The notes beneath the pieces are model-generated. The model worked only from the letters and a program-made list of their open reading frames with translations, was not told the origin of the DNA and made no database searches. Shown here piece after piece: positions 1 through 11,384 of a stretch of 20,000 nucleotides of DNA (position 1 is the stretch's first letter; each line of letters begins with the position of its first letter). A program made the translations under genes and the position numbers. The stretch is taken from assembly GCA_003344405.1 (NCBI GenBank), contig NOWV01000107.1, forward strand, positions 236,190 through 256,189. The letters are read 5' to 3'. The stretch comes from Trichoplax sp. H2 (taxonomy: Eukaryota).

Positions 1-1715
1 TCTAGTTGCTGAAGACGAATTAAATCTTTATGATATACACACATTAGTCTTTCATGTGTCACAAACTCTATAGAGGCACATAAAACAATTTCACGAACTT
101 TATTTCAAAATAGTTCCCCGTTTTTCATAAAAAAAATGGTAAGTATTGAAATAATCCTAAGGTAATATAAATAAACGTAAAATACCAAATTATAACCTTT
201 CTAACGGTTGACATAAGGGTACTTCATTGCTGCAATATCAAGTGTTTTGACATTGCAATTACTAATTTTGGAGGGTTGATGAGCAATAATATCGCGAGAT
301 TGTGCTTAATACAAAAACAATCACGCGCTAAGAGCAATTTAAGTTAACAAGGCACGTGTAAGTGTAAACAGGTTAGCACCCCAGAATAATACTGTATTAT
401 TTACGGTGTTAGAAATTATTTAGACGAATTTAGATAATAAAGGGTTTAAATTCAAGCTGCCAAACAATGATGATACGAGAATGCCGAAATAGATGTTAAT
501 AAGGCACCAATCCCTTTAGTCTCTACAACATTTCTCAGTAGATTTTATGCTAGAATTGCTAAGCTAATTTCGGGGTCTGATACCTATATAGTAAGATTAC
601 AATAATTATACATTCTGGTGGATGCATCATGAAAATACGATGAGATCATTTACGCTGTGTTCTACAGTTATCGCTGCTACGTTCATACTCTGATAGCCCC
701 TCGATTAATGGTATGCGTCCTGTCTTGAATGTCTTTGCATGAGAGTAGAAAAAAAATTTACTTCGTTTTGTATTTATATTCTATTCTCTTAATCTTATGT
801 ACACTTAGGAAAATTAGTGACTATGGCGGTCATTTCGATTAAGATAAAGAAGACTATATTATTTCTTTGTTATTTATTTGCTTAAGTGATGACTTCAATT
901 TTATGAGAATAAAAACGTAAATTTACTGTTAAAATTTGCCACTAACGTCTTAGATAAATAATAATCTAGGCTCTAGTCATCTACGTAGCTGGCAGTATAA
1001 TGAATAGCAAATACATTGTGAGATTTAATAAAATTCTCTGCACTTTCAGAAGTGATCCTTCATTATGATAAGCTTAATAAAGTTTACGTTGGTATAACGA
1101 TAAGAAAATAATAACGTGAGTTAATTACTTATACGAGATCTTGGTAAAACCTATACTTTGATCAGATATTATGATGACTCTTCATTGTAAAAATAATAGA
1201 TACCTCACTAATTACAATTACAATTATAATAGCCAGATAATCGTAGCATACTCGTAAATGATTTATTTTTACAATAATAAACTGGTGACATAGTTACAAG
1301 AATACCGAAATTAAGGGATAATAAAGTATCTATATTTAATTATTACTAACAATCCAATTCCTGGTGTTTACGTTTTGGACTTGTTTTAAAGGGGTGTAAG
1401 CGAATATAACAATAGAATTTGGAGCTGCTGTTAAAATTCTATAAACCAATTTTTCGATACGTTAGTCAGAATGATCTACTATTTACAATAAATCTTAGCT
1501 GTTAATAAATGATAAACATATATTTTAATATAATAAATCTGGTAAAAATCCTACTTTCAATCTATTTGTAAAATACTATTCTCGCGTTGTTATTTTACTA
1601 GAGTTAAGATTCTTATAGTAACCCATGTCTATAGAATTGTTGAAAGTTCTATCTTGTAATGATAACATACTTCTGTACTTTATGTTAAAAGCCCTAAAAT
1701 ACCAGAATGTAACTG

Positions 1716-1822
1716 TCACAAACTTAACTTGCGAAGTTCTATCCTAAACTAATGATTACTTATTCCTATTTCCACTACACCTGGAGATCTACTGTGTGGT
1801 AGTCCTATACTACTTACAGTCA
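1716..1822 (+). repeat. 107-bp paralogous segment (hinge/TM1 start), partner at 11912-12018
   Basis: tcacaaacttaacttgcgaa...cctggagatctact.tgtggtagtcctatactactt.cagtca aligns ungapped with 11912-12018, about 14 mismatches by hand (~87%). Confidence 0.95.
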
Positions 1823-1858
1823 CATAGTTGGCAGCTTATCTGTGTAGTCGAGAGTTAG

Positions 1859-2563
1859 TTCAACTACGATAGTAGCCTAAGTCAGTTTCTAATAACTCTT
1901 GATCGTTATCTGCACCTAGTTTATCCTTTTCAAAATTCTCGCTTATCTAGTAAAACTACTATCTTGGCGTTAGCAGTTCTTTGGATAATGTCAATCGCAT
2001 TAGTTGGATTACCAATTATTTATAGTATTAATCAACCGTCAATTAATCGTCTATATTCTAGTAACATTGCATGTTTGCCTTGCAATTTTAATAATCCATA
2101 TTTATTAACATGGCTATTGTGTTATGCTGGATTAACCTTCGTCGTTTGGATTTTTATTGCAATCATGTATGTCATAACTCTATCGACACTAGCAAATTCA
2201 CGTAAAGAAGCTCATAGACGTTTATCAAACACTGATAAAATTATTCGGGCTAAAATGATTACTATCATAGTAACGAATTTAATTTGTTGGCTACCATTAT
2301 ATGTAATATTAATTCGAGATTTTGGTTCTGGATTAGACACGCATTCACTCCCATTTATTGCTGTGTTATCATTGCCACTAAATTCATGTATTAACCGGAT
2401 TCTTTTTACACTCTTTACAACTACTTTTATTGATTACATTAACTTGGTTATTGGAAAGTTAAATTGCTGTTCATGTTTAACATTCTTTCGATCAATTCAT
2501 AAGTCAACTCAAGGCAGTCAACTACAAGGGAGTAAGTTAAGGTCTATTTCTAAAGTAAAGTGA
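1859..2563 (+). CDS. Stop-free frame encoding the C-terminal part (end of TM3 to TM7 and tail) of an LGR/RXFP-type class A GPCR, probably part of a pseudogene
   Basis: The supplied ORF 1964-2563 extends upstream in frame to the TAG at 1856-1858, adding FNYDSSLSQFLITLDRYLHLVYPFQNSRLSSKTTI (DRY at 1901-1909). Downstream motifs: TM4 LAVLWIMSIALVGLP, ECL2 LYSSNIACLP, TM6 IIVTNLICWLP, TM7 LPLNSCINRILFTLFT (RXFP1 has TDALCWIP and LPINSALNPILYTLTT). A possible donor a|gtaagt lies at 2532. Confidence 0.9.
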   Translation, partial: FNYDSSLSQFLITLDRYLHLVYPFQNSRLSSKTTILALAVLWIMSIALVGLPIIYSINQPSINRLYSSNIACLPCNFNNPYLLTWLLCYAGLTFVVWIFIAIMYVITLSTLANSRKEAHRRLSNTDKIIRAKMITIIVTNLICWLPLYVILIRDFGSGLDTHSLPFIAVLSLPLNSCINRILFTLFTTTFIDYINLVIGKLNCCSCLTFFRSIHKSTQGSQLQGSKLRSISKVK

Positions 2564-3363
2564 TTTATATATTTCTGAAGCCTTATTATATGCGATTTCT
2601 TTAACCATTAAATATTAATATATATCTCAACGAATAAGAAACAATGTATAACAATTACAGTAGTCCTCGATTTATCTGAGGTAATCCATTTTAAAAGATT
2701 CGCAATGTTCAAAATCAAGTATTTTACGCATTTGCTTTTGCCTAGTACGGTTATTCCGTATTTCTTACTTTAAACCATAAACTATCTTGGCTTTAGCGAG
2801 ACTAATTTTAAAATCCTTTAGCAATATCTAACATAATCATAAATTTTATTCGTCTAGTACTTGCTTTAACTATTGTACAATCTGAACTGGATCAGTAGCG
2901 TTTACCTTACTTCATATCGTGACCATTACTAGAGCGAAAGTACGGTAGTGATTTTCATGCAATTTGCATAAAACAAACGCATATGACAATTACATGATAT
3001 GAACAGCTCTTTCCTTATAGCATAAAGGCTAGAGTAAACTTTGCTAATATTTAAGGGAGATGTATTTCAATGAGTAATGAATCCAAATAGTCTGCTATTC
3101 CTATAGTTAGTATAATAACTAAAATTATTGAAAATTATATTACATTTATCCAAGATTTATACAGGTGTATAGGCATATCATTTATTGTACTTAATATTAT
3201 CTATCACTAGTAGTACAGAATAGCCATGTTAAGTAAGATTTTTTGATTAGCTCATATGTACGTATAATTAACGTCGCTGCAAGGATTACATCAAAGTCGA
3301 ATTACTTCATAATTACCAAGCGAATCATTTCAGTTAGCTGCAGTTTTATAACATGAAAGATAG

Positions 3364-3806
3364 TTTGTTTTGGAAAAAGGAGATATTATTTTATACATAC
3401 ATCAAATCGGAAAACTGTGAATTAAAAAATATTTGGAGTTGTTCGTGGTACTGTGAAGGAGATGAATGTAGAGTCGAAATAGATGGTGTCAAGAAGCTAT
3501 TTCTGAATATATTGTAGGTCCTATATTTTTAGTATTTATAGTGGATTAGGTACCGTTTGTATTCATGCGGTTGTATTTACAAGATATATTCTCTTTTCTG
3601 CAGCGTAACTTGTTATTAAGCAGACGCCACTGACATAATGCTACTGAGCAATTCCATTCGTTTGCAATCCAATTCCCTAACATCGCAGCAGGTTTTGCAT
3701 ATTATTTATTATTAAGATTATGCAAGCAATCCAATCTTTGCACCTGAATAATATAGTTTATGGATCAATTGATACCGATGCTGTTGTTCTTCTTATCCCG
3801 CCAAAG
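3364..3806 (+). pseudogene. Degenerate protein kinase-like (pseudokinase) gene remnant, subdomains ~I-VIb
   Basis: Fragments appear in kinase order: LEKGDIILYIHQIGK and FGVVRGTVKEMNV (Gly-loop-like). Exon 3604-3806 (cag|...aag|gtatgt) reads VTCY*...LTSQQVLHII, then after a 1-nt frameshift KIMQAIQSLHLNNIVYGSIDTDAVVLL, resembling the alphaE/catalytic-loop pattern IxxGLxYLHxxxIVHxDLxxxNILL. Confidence 0.45.
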
Positions 3807-4137
3807 GTATGTGAAAGCATGTTAAGGACAGATATTTGAAAATGCGACAGTTCTTAAATATTTAATTTTTCATTAGTTTATTTTTACTTAGATCATGTTC
3901 ACAATTTGTGCAAATACAATGTAAATATTGTGTATTTCATTAACAATTTTTAGTGGGTAACAAATTTCAGAGATACAATTCTAGTTATTCGAGTATAATC
4001 CTCATTACGGATTAGTTGAATTCCTATCACTATTTGTAAACGCTGTTATCTATCCTTTTTAGAAAAGACATGATATAAGTGATAACTGATTGCTTATTTA
4101 ACTTCATATATCTAGGAACCGATTAACGCCTTATTAG

Positions 4138-4365
4138 ACAAATTTTCATAAACGACAAAATTTAAAAAATGATCTTCATGAAATATGCAGAGATCGATAC
4201 CGTCAATTAATCAGTGCAGATATTTCTGATTTTGTGTTGCTACGCAATGAATTAATTTCATACTCCCAAACGCTGATCGATCAAATGAATAAGAGCCAAT
4301 TGCGACTAGATAAAATGATACAATTTAACGAAGATATTAAATCTTGGAGATCGGTGAACGAGAAA
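4138..4365 (+). CDS. Candidate orphan 228-bp phase 0-0 exon encoding an alpha-helical/coiled-coil peptide
   Basis: ttattag|aca...gagaaa|gtaggt with 76 open codons: TNFHKRQNLKNDLHEICRDRYRQLISADISDFVLLRNELISYSQTLIDQMNKSQLRLDKMIQFNEDIKSWRSVNEK. Confidence 0.35.
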
Positions 4366-6390
4366 GTAGGTGTCAAGTTTAATAAACTGTATTAACTATA
4401 CATAGTTAATTACTAACAACTAGTGCCTAGTGAAAGCTACAATGATAATAACTAAACCTTGAGTAACAAAAGTATATTCTAAGGTAGTAAAACAGCAATT
4501 ACTGCCGTAAATTATTACTTTGAATGTCCATAAGCAGCTATACTGACGTACAGTAATTGAACTAAATGCTAAAATTATGACGAAGTTGTAATAGATTCTT
4601 TAATTAATATTCATTAATCTAACTAACATTAATCAAATTTAGTAACTCATCGTCAAAGGTGCCGTCAAGGTTTAATTACAGAAAAATAGAGAACCGAAGC
4701 AAATTCTAGCTTATCTGTGGATCATTATTAGCAATAACTGAAAGGATTTCAAAGTCTACTCGGGGCCAAATGTACTAGATAGCTTTAATTTTTCATTCCC
4801 AATAATTAATCTCTGATGACATAGTACCGTGAAAATTAGATCAGAAAATCGAGCCCAATAAGAGCGATGAAAGTAACTTGTCACTCGAGTTCGTACTTTT
4901 CTTAGATGCAGTATTAATGATGAGATTAGCCTCTTTAATCTATAGTATAAATATTTGGTCAACATCTGGATACACCGATGGATAGTTATTTTCGTTAACG
5001 ATTATATTTGTCATAGTGATTTTACCATAGTTGTTTAGAGAGCAACTACTGTTCTCTACCTTCCAGCTGATATTGTACAGTCAGCTTAGGATAAATTTCG
5101 CAAAGAATGGCCCAGAGAACTCTAGTAGTTCGTAATTTTGAAATATAATATCGATTTCTAGTTTTAGAGAATTTTTGTAGATTTACTTAGCTTCAAGAGA
5201 CAATCATAGGAACATTTAGTTATATTTATTATCTAGTACGTGGTAATTGTACATTCCAATAAGTACCAAAATAAAGTGAGAGTGGACATATGGAAAATAG
5301 TATTAAAACGTAATACTTTTATCAATAAATTCCATAACTTCAGTTTTAAAGCTCTGCATAAAAATTTTGCTTATGTAATTTCGATGTCTCACTCTTGAAC
5401 CGTATGTGCCGGTAGAGTTTCGAATGGAACATACACATACTAAGAACTTTACCTGCCGCTGTTACATTTTTAGAGTCTTCTACTTTGCAATAGTACTAAT
5501 ATCAGAATCACTACAGTTACAAATCTTCAATTCTATTATTCATTCTAAATATGTCACTTTAGTTTCTACCTCATCTTGTTTAATAGTAAAGTCTGACGCT
5601 ATAGCATTGTAACGCTTACTACATGGAGTGAGTTGTGTTACGAAGTCGAAATTTCCTAACTGATTTACTATGCTTAATCATTAATATAATTTATAGTGTC
5701 TCTATCATAGACTACTCAAGAAAGACTTTAAAAAAGCCGTTTCTAGTAATCCATGTCTGCATGCTTATTTGATGACTAAATGGAGACATCTATTTCTGCT
5801 TTGAAACTATCATCTTTGAGCTTAGTCTTAGATGGCTGTCCTAATTTATACTTTGCGACAAAAAAAGTTAAAGTAAATGTCTACTAGTCACTACTGACTT
5901 AAACACACTCTTTTACTACACATTAAATACAGTCAGCAAAGTATCATAAAAATAGAACTTTTATTAGTATAGATGCAACTACAGCTTTTCACGTACACTA
6001 CTAAACACAAAATGTTCTCGTTTATATGGGAACCGTTTAACTTGCAAATAATAATAGTACTATTATTATTACATCATTAAAGCTGGATCCACGGCAAAAT
6101 AATAGAATATAATAATATTATTATAATAATCATTATTACATAAGAGAAATAAATAGCAAATAAGAAAGACCGTCAGGAGAGATATCTCGGACTGAGATGT
6201 TCCTCATTATATAGCTTTTCTATCAATAATTTTATTTAACCTATTGCTCATACTTGATCTTAATCTAAGCATATATGTTATCTAGCTCAACTATCATTAG
6301 CTAGAACTTGAATCGTCTTACCACCATCGACTCATAATAACGTTCGATGTCAAATATGTAATAAATTATCACAAATAATATCTCGTTAAG

Positions 6391-6711
6391 GCATTACTTA
6401 CCTTACCTAGCACTACTAATATGGATATTTTCCATATTAGCTACTACCGTGCTATTCAATTATCTTAACGGCAAGGTACCACCGCAACAATAGCACATCT
6501 AACACAATGAATATCCGGTTTTAAAAATATAGTAATAATGGATATTGTAGTAAGCATTTCTTACCTTACCTAGCACTACAACTATGGATATTTCCATATT
6601 AGCTACTACTGTACTATTTAAATTATCTTAACGGCAAGGTACCGCCGCAACAATAGCACATCTAACACAATGAATATCCTGTTTATGACATGGGGATAAT
6701 TGATATTGTAG
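6391..6711. repeat. Tandem duplication, period ~163 bp, 2 diverged copies (6391-6550, 6554-6711)
   Basis: gcatt.cttaccttacctagcactac...attatcttaacggcaaggtacc.ccgcaacaatagcacatctaacacaatgaatatcc...gatattgtag occurs twice with a few substitutions and indels. Confidence 0.95.
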
Positions 6712-9192
6712 ATATATTACTGTAATCTACTTATAAATTGTAGTAAGTATATGAGCATATTGTAAATAGACAAAAAGAAAGAGAAATAAATTCATTCTTT
6801 TCTACGCATCTTCTGTTAAGTCTGCATTCTAGTAGACTTTACTGCTGAGGTAGGCAATTAACGAATTTTCTACAAAGTATAGTGAAGCTACTTGAATAGA
6901 GGCGCTTAACGTTACGATTACTTATAGTGCTTACAGTATCCATTCAATATTTATTGGAACAGCGGTAAAAGTTTTCATTGTGAAAGAAGATTTCTTGTGT
7001 TGCAATTGTGGTTGGAATACATGATCATCGTAATTTTATTACTGACGTCTTGCTATTATTTCCAACGAAATGTAGAGTAAATTAACATATTCTTAATTAT
7101 TGTATACCTATTTTGACAAATTGACCTCAAATACAATTAGGTAATGTATAAAACTTAAATTTTGTTCTGTAAACATGTTAATATTATATAATAACCTACG
7201 GCATAGCTCACTATATGAATAGAAGTAAGACTATTAATATTCGACTCTTGACGTAATCTTACTTAAATATAATTAAATTTTATCTGGATCTACATCTTAT
7301 TAAGAAGTATACTAGTATTTGAATTAGCTTTGATTATAATCGTTACTGTAAAAACACTGTGACAATAGCCTTCCGCCAGCTGTAATATAATCTCATGCTT
7401 AGTCATAAATCACCATAACGCCAACATCTTTAACTTTGACTTAGTCTTTTATCTGATTCCGATGAAATTAAATTAGAATTAGAACTATTGTGGTCTTTTA
7501 ATAATAACAGTTGCACCACCTTGTTCAGTTATGTCCATGTTGAGATCATATCATGACGTCGCTTTGGTGAGAACTTACTCGTAATTGTTATATTGTAGTT
7601 GCGGAATAGCTTCACGGTATATATTGAGCCACTTTTCTTGGAATATTAATTAGTAGATATTATATCAGAATTGTGTCTACGGTTATCTAGATTTATTTTA
7701 AAACTTTCTTTGAAAATGAAACTGTTAATATAGTACAATTTGCCAATGTTTTCAACACGATATTTTTCGTCAGCTTTAAATTTGTTTTTTTCTTTTAGTT
7801 TATTTACGACAGTAACTTTAGGATTCAATTTCCGCATCAGCCTATCATATTTCATACTATTGTTTTACAAATTATAGATGCAAAGCTTGGGAAAGTCAAT
7901 AAAGCAATTTAATAAAGCCTAACAAACAGTGAGATACTGTTCTATAGTCTCCGAATCTTGAACCTGATTTCTTTAACTCTATACATTACTACAATTACTC
8001 CTTTCGTATGGAATTTTCTGCAAATACAAAGAATGTAAGAGCAACATGAACACAACTGTATTCATTAAGATCCATTAGCTATAGTTACAATAAAATTTAC
8101 TATGCTAGACAACTGATCTGTATGAGACTAAATCAATAATGACATTATACAATATTTTCAAAATATTTCAATGATTGAATACTACAATAGAAATTGTCGA
8201 AATCTGATATATTAGTAAAATATAATTGTGATGACAGAATAAATTTCGTATTGAATGTCCACTGCAACCATTTGCAAGTTCATGATTGAGATAGAATTAG
8301 TACCTAAAAATGAGGTAAATAATTAATCTTGTTACTTTTCATAATGCGATAATTTTCTAATATACTGTTAAAAAACTGTGATTTTGGAGCTACACTAGAC
8401 AGTATTAGTAAATTTTATTGTTATTATCTGTACAGGTGCCGTAATTAAAAAAGTAATGGGAGTTTAATGAATATTTTCAAAACCAAAGTAAATTTGGTCT
8501 AGACATTCGTATAGAGTATATCCGCTAATCAGGGATATAATACTCGCTTTGAGATATCGGACTTGATTGTTTATGGCTTTTTTTAGTCATGGAAACGATC
8601 CATTGTTACTACAAGCTGTTTATATATTCCTGTTCTGATACTCAGGGTGAATGATAAACTCCATCGTTAAATGGTAATAATCCGTTAAATAATTAAAAAA
8701 TTTTAATTTCATAAGCTTAAAGATGATTTTGCTTAATCTAGTGAAAAAGTAGCTAATATGATACAAGAGCTTACCGAGCCGATTAAATCTATACACGATG
8801 ATAATCTTTTCACTATATTAAATATCGTAATATTAGTCTGGCAGAAAATTGGTTTAATAATTGATTATGATATAATGCGTTGTGTTTAACAGCTTGACAT
8901 TTTATAGATTGCTTCATTTACCGTCTCAAAATTTGTTATATACAGGATGCTAGTGTTAAAGATTATTTCTTCAGTCTAGATGTCGTAAAATTTACAATGA
9001 CTGGAAGTCGAAAACAAATAAACAAAAGCATTATAATTAAGAACATTGAATTGTCTAAATTTTAGCTATTAAAAATGTTCCATTAATTTGAGGTTGTCAT
9101 AAGTTACGCTAGAGGGTATAATTATACAGCTACGCCGTTCAAACTTTCTCACTCAATTTTCTTTAAGTGACTCGATCTTTCTGATCATCAGA

Positions 9193-9262
9193 ATGGTAAA
9201 AATTATTCTGGATTACATACTCTTGTATTTGATTTTATGTTGCACATTAAATAGGCTTGCAG
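9193..9262 (+). CDS. First coding exon (signal peptide) of LGR copy B
   Basis: ATG at 9193 gives MVKIILDYILLYLILCCTLNRLA (basic residue then hydrophobic core), ending at phase-1 donor gcag|gtggga, which is compatible with the phase-1 LDLa exon downstream. Confidence 0.6.
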
Positions 9263-9497
9263 GTGGGATGACAACATATACGAGTATATCCTTATGATTA
9301 ATAACGTTTTTAATATCATAGTTATGTCCTTATGATTGTTAATAGTTTTTAAACGATATCATCTAGAAAATGCCAAAGACTACTGATATTTTTGTTGTAA
9401 TTTCACATTACGTAACTTGATATACTGTAAATACCAAGTCAATGTAGAATATATGTATAGTTTATAGATATAACCAAGCTATAATATCTTTTGGTAG

Positions 9498-9602
9498 TTT
9501 TGGAAGGCCTTCAATGTGGTAGCTCATCGCAACAAATTCCATCCAGTAAATTCTGCGACTGCAAGACCGATTGCCACAATGGACAAGATGAAAGAGATTG
9601 TA
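9498..9602 (+). CDS. LDL-receptor class A (LDLa) module exon of LGR copy B
   Basis: ttttggtag|tt...gattgta|gtacgt, phase 1-1, encodes LEGLQCGSSSQQIPSSKFCDCKTDCHNGQDERDC, matching the LDLa C-terminal signature CDxxxDCxxGxDExxC. The alternative acceptor at 9467 is in the same frame but includes TAA at 9482. Confidence 0.85.
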
Positions 9603-10753
9603 GTACGTATCGTACTTTATATAAACTTAAGTATTATCATTTACATTATTAATCTTCGACCTCTAGTACTGACAAATTGAAGCATGAGCTATCGTATCCC
9701 TCGAATCTGCAATTGAGCGTAGGCTTTGTAGCTACAATTAATATAAGTTACAGGTGAAATTAAGGTGGCTAAATAAAAGCTAACGATTAATCTTGTATCC
9801 TACAGTACTGTATAAGAAAGTTGCGGTTCTTGTAAAAAGTTGAGGTATACGATAGCTTTATTACTAGTTCTAGGGGTGCTTTAATTGATTACAGAGCAGT
9901 TCAATCGTGTTTATCTGTATCTCAGATACTGTAAGAAGTATCCAATCAATTTGTAAATTTTCTTATCGTAATTTACTGCAGTCATTCTATACTAGTAGTA
10001 CTAATGTATAGATTTAAGATTTTATTATTATTACTAGTACATGTATCTCGATCATGGTAAGCACTGTGCTCTATCTATTAAGAATAGTATACAAAACAAT
10101 TTCATGGTTTCGTTTTATTACAGTGCTTATTCTGAACATATTGAGATTTAAATGTTGCACTACTGTTATATATGGAGCAATTACATATACAGCATACTGT
10201 AAAGTAGTATTATACATGATAACTAGAAATTAAATGAGCTCGAATGTTACAATAACGTTGTTTCAGAAAGCAGTTTATAATTCTAGTTGTAGTAAGCTAT
10301 ACTTTGGTGTTACATTTTACTGCGTATGTATTACAGGGCACTGCTACAGTAATATCAGCAATGAAAATAGAAATCTGGGGTTCTGTGATGAAAATATTTA
10401 CTACACTTGACAGATTGTTATGCAATTATTTTACACGTTTACGGGTATATTAAGCTTATTAAATCTTATTAAGATAGGATATCATCGAATCATAGCTTTG
10501 TATGATAAGTGATCAATATTCTCGCTATTAAAGAGAGTAAAATGTAAGGTATCATCAATTTACATAGTCTGACACAATCTTAATTACATTACATTACTTA
10601 CATGATAATAATTAGATTCAGCTTCAATTGGAATAAACTGGTGAAAAGCACCATTAATTTCAACTTTCTTCATGCATTACATTTCCATAACTAAAAATTA
10701 TTTAACTATAATTATAAATCGAGGTTAGTAACGAGAAAAATTAAACTGGCTTG

Positions 10754-11384
10754 TGTCGCAAAACAGCTTAGCAACAAAATAACGTAATGTGCGATCAATA
10801 AGTCAATTCCTTGAACCACGTATCGAGGAACGATATTTCTACAATCAGGAACACTTTTGCTCTACTAGCAGACTACTCAAAGACTTAGACGCCTCGTATT
10901 TTACGTTAAACGCTAAGTTTAAAAATTAACTTTATTACACGATATACTGCATTTATGTACTCTTCCTCAATAGTTCATGAGCCATAGTTAGTACGATTAA
11001 CTTTGGAATCATTCACTGAATTAGACATTAATTTTATCTACTGTTCCTTTATGCAGATAACAGTATTTACGAACATAGACATCTGATAACTAATACAGAA
11101 TCGTCAGATTGCGATGTCCTATCACGAGACATTTCGACGATAATTTACAATCTACCATAAGTAAATTACAATCACAACGATTCGAACTGTAAGTAGATAA
11201 TTCGCATTCCCTAATATAGCTATTAATTTCAGTATATGTATATATATATGTCACAGTCATAAAATGCCAGTGCTACATTAAAACACAATACATCCAAATT
11301 AGAAGTTAGCTAAATTAGGATAGGCTAACAAAATTATCCTAACATAGATATTTCTACTCTAATATAGTGTATAACACTGTCACA
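10754..11384 (+). repeat. ~625-bp segmental duplication, copy 1 (partner 13075-13697)
   Basis: Colinear from tgtc.caaaacag through cgatcaataagtcaattccttgaaccacgtatc and tctaccataagtaaattacaatcacaa.gattcgaactgtaagtagat to ataacactgtcaca, roughly 80-87% identical by eye. Confidence 0.95.

Larger units (their letters stand above)
1050..2563 (+). pseudogene. LRR-GPCR copy A, degenerate LGR/RXFP-like pseudogene (may extend to the window start)
   Basis: Decayed exon-like LRR pieces with stops (1050-1116 ag|..VILHYDKLNKVYVG..**|gtgagt; ~1323-1390 KYLYLIITNNPIP..*). The hinge/TM1 start ISTTPGDLLCGSPILL (~1768-1816) is preceded by stops and joined directly to TM3-like HIVGSLSV*S, then a frameshift leads into the DRY frame. 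Confidence 0.7.

Noticed and set aside
4756..4965. Minus-strand 69-aa ORF
   Set aside because: No domain signature, alternative start codon, and antisense to decayed + strand exon-like pieces.
4640..5135. LIVKGAVKV*LQKNREPKQILAYL and RATTVLYLP, reminiscent of a cyclic-nucleotide-binding domain
   Set aside because: Multiple stops, no FGE or phosphate-binding cassette motif, and the reading frame is ambiguous.
5406..5612. 68-aa ORF
   Set aside because: GTG start, no recognisable motif; size expected by chance.
6047..6070. 24-bp perfect palindrome aataataatagtactattattatt
   Set aside because: Built from low-complexity (aat)n/(att)n in AT-rich DNA, with no associated element.
6460..6500. Minus-strand MCYCCGGTL resembling a BIR-domain CxxCGG motif
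   Set aside because: A stop follows within four codons and the downstream Trp, His and Cys ligands are absent.
9290..9365. Short imperfect repeat tccttatgatt...gtttttaa x2
   Set aside because: Small intronic slippage duplication with no evident significance.
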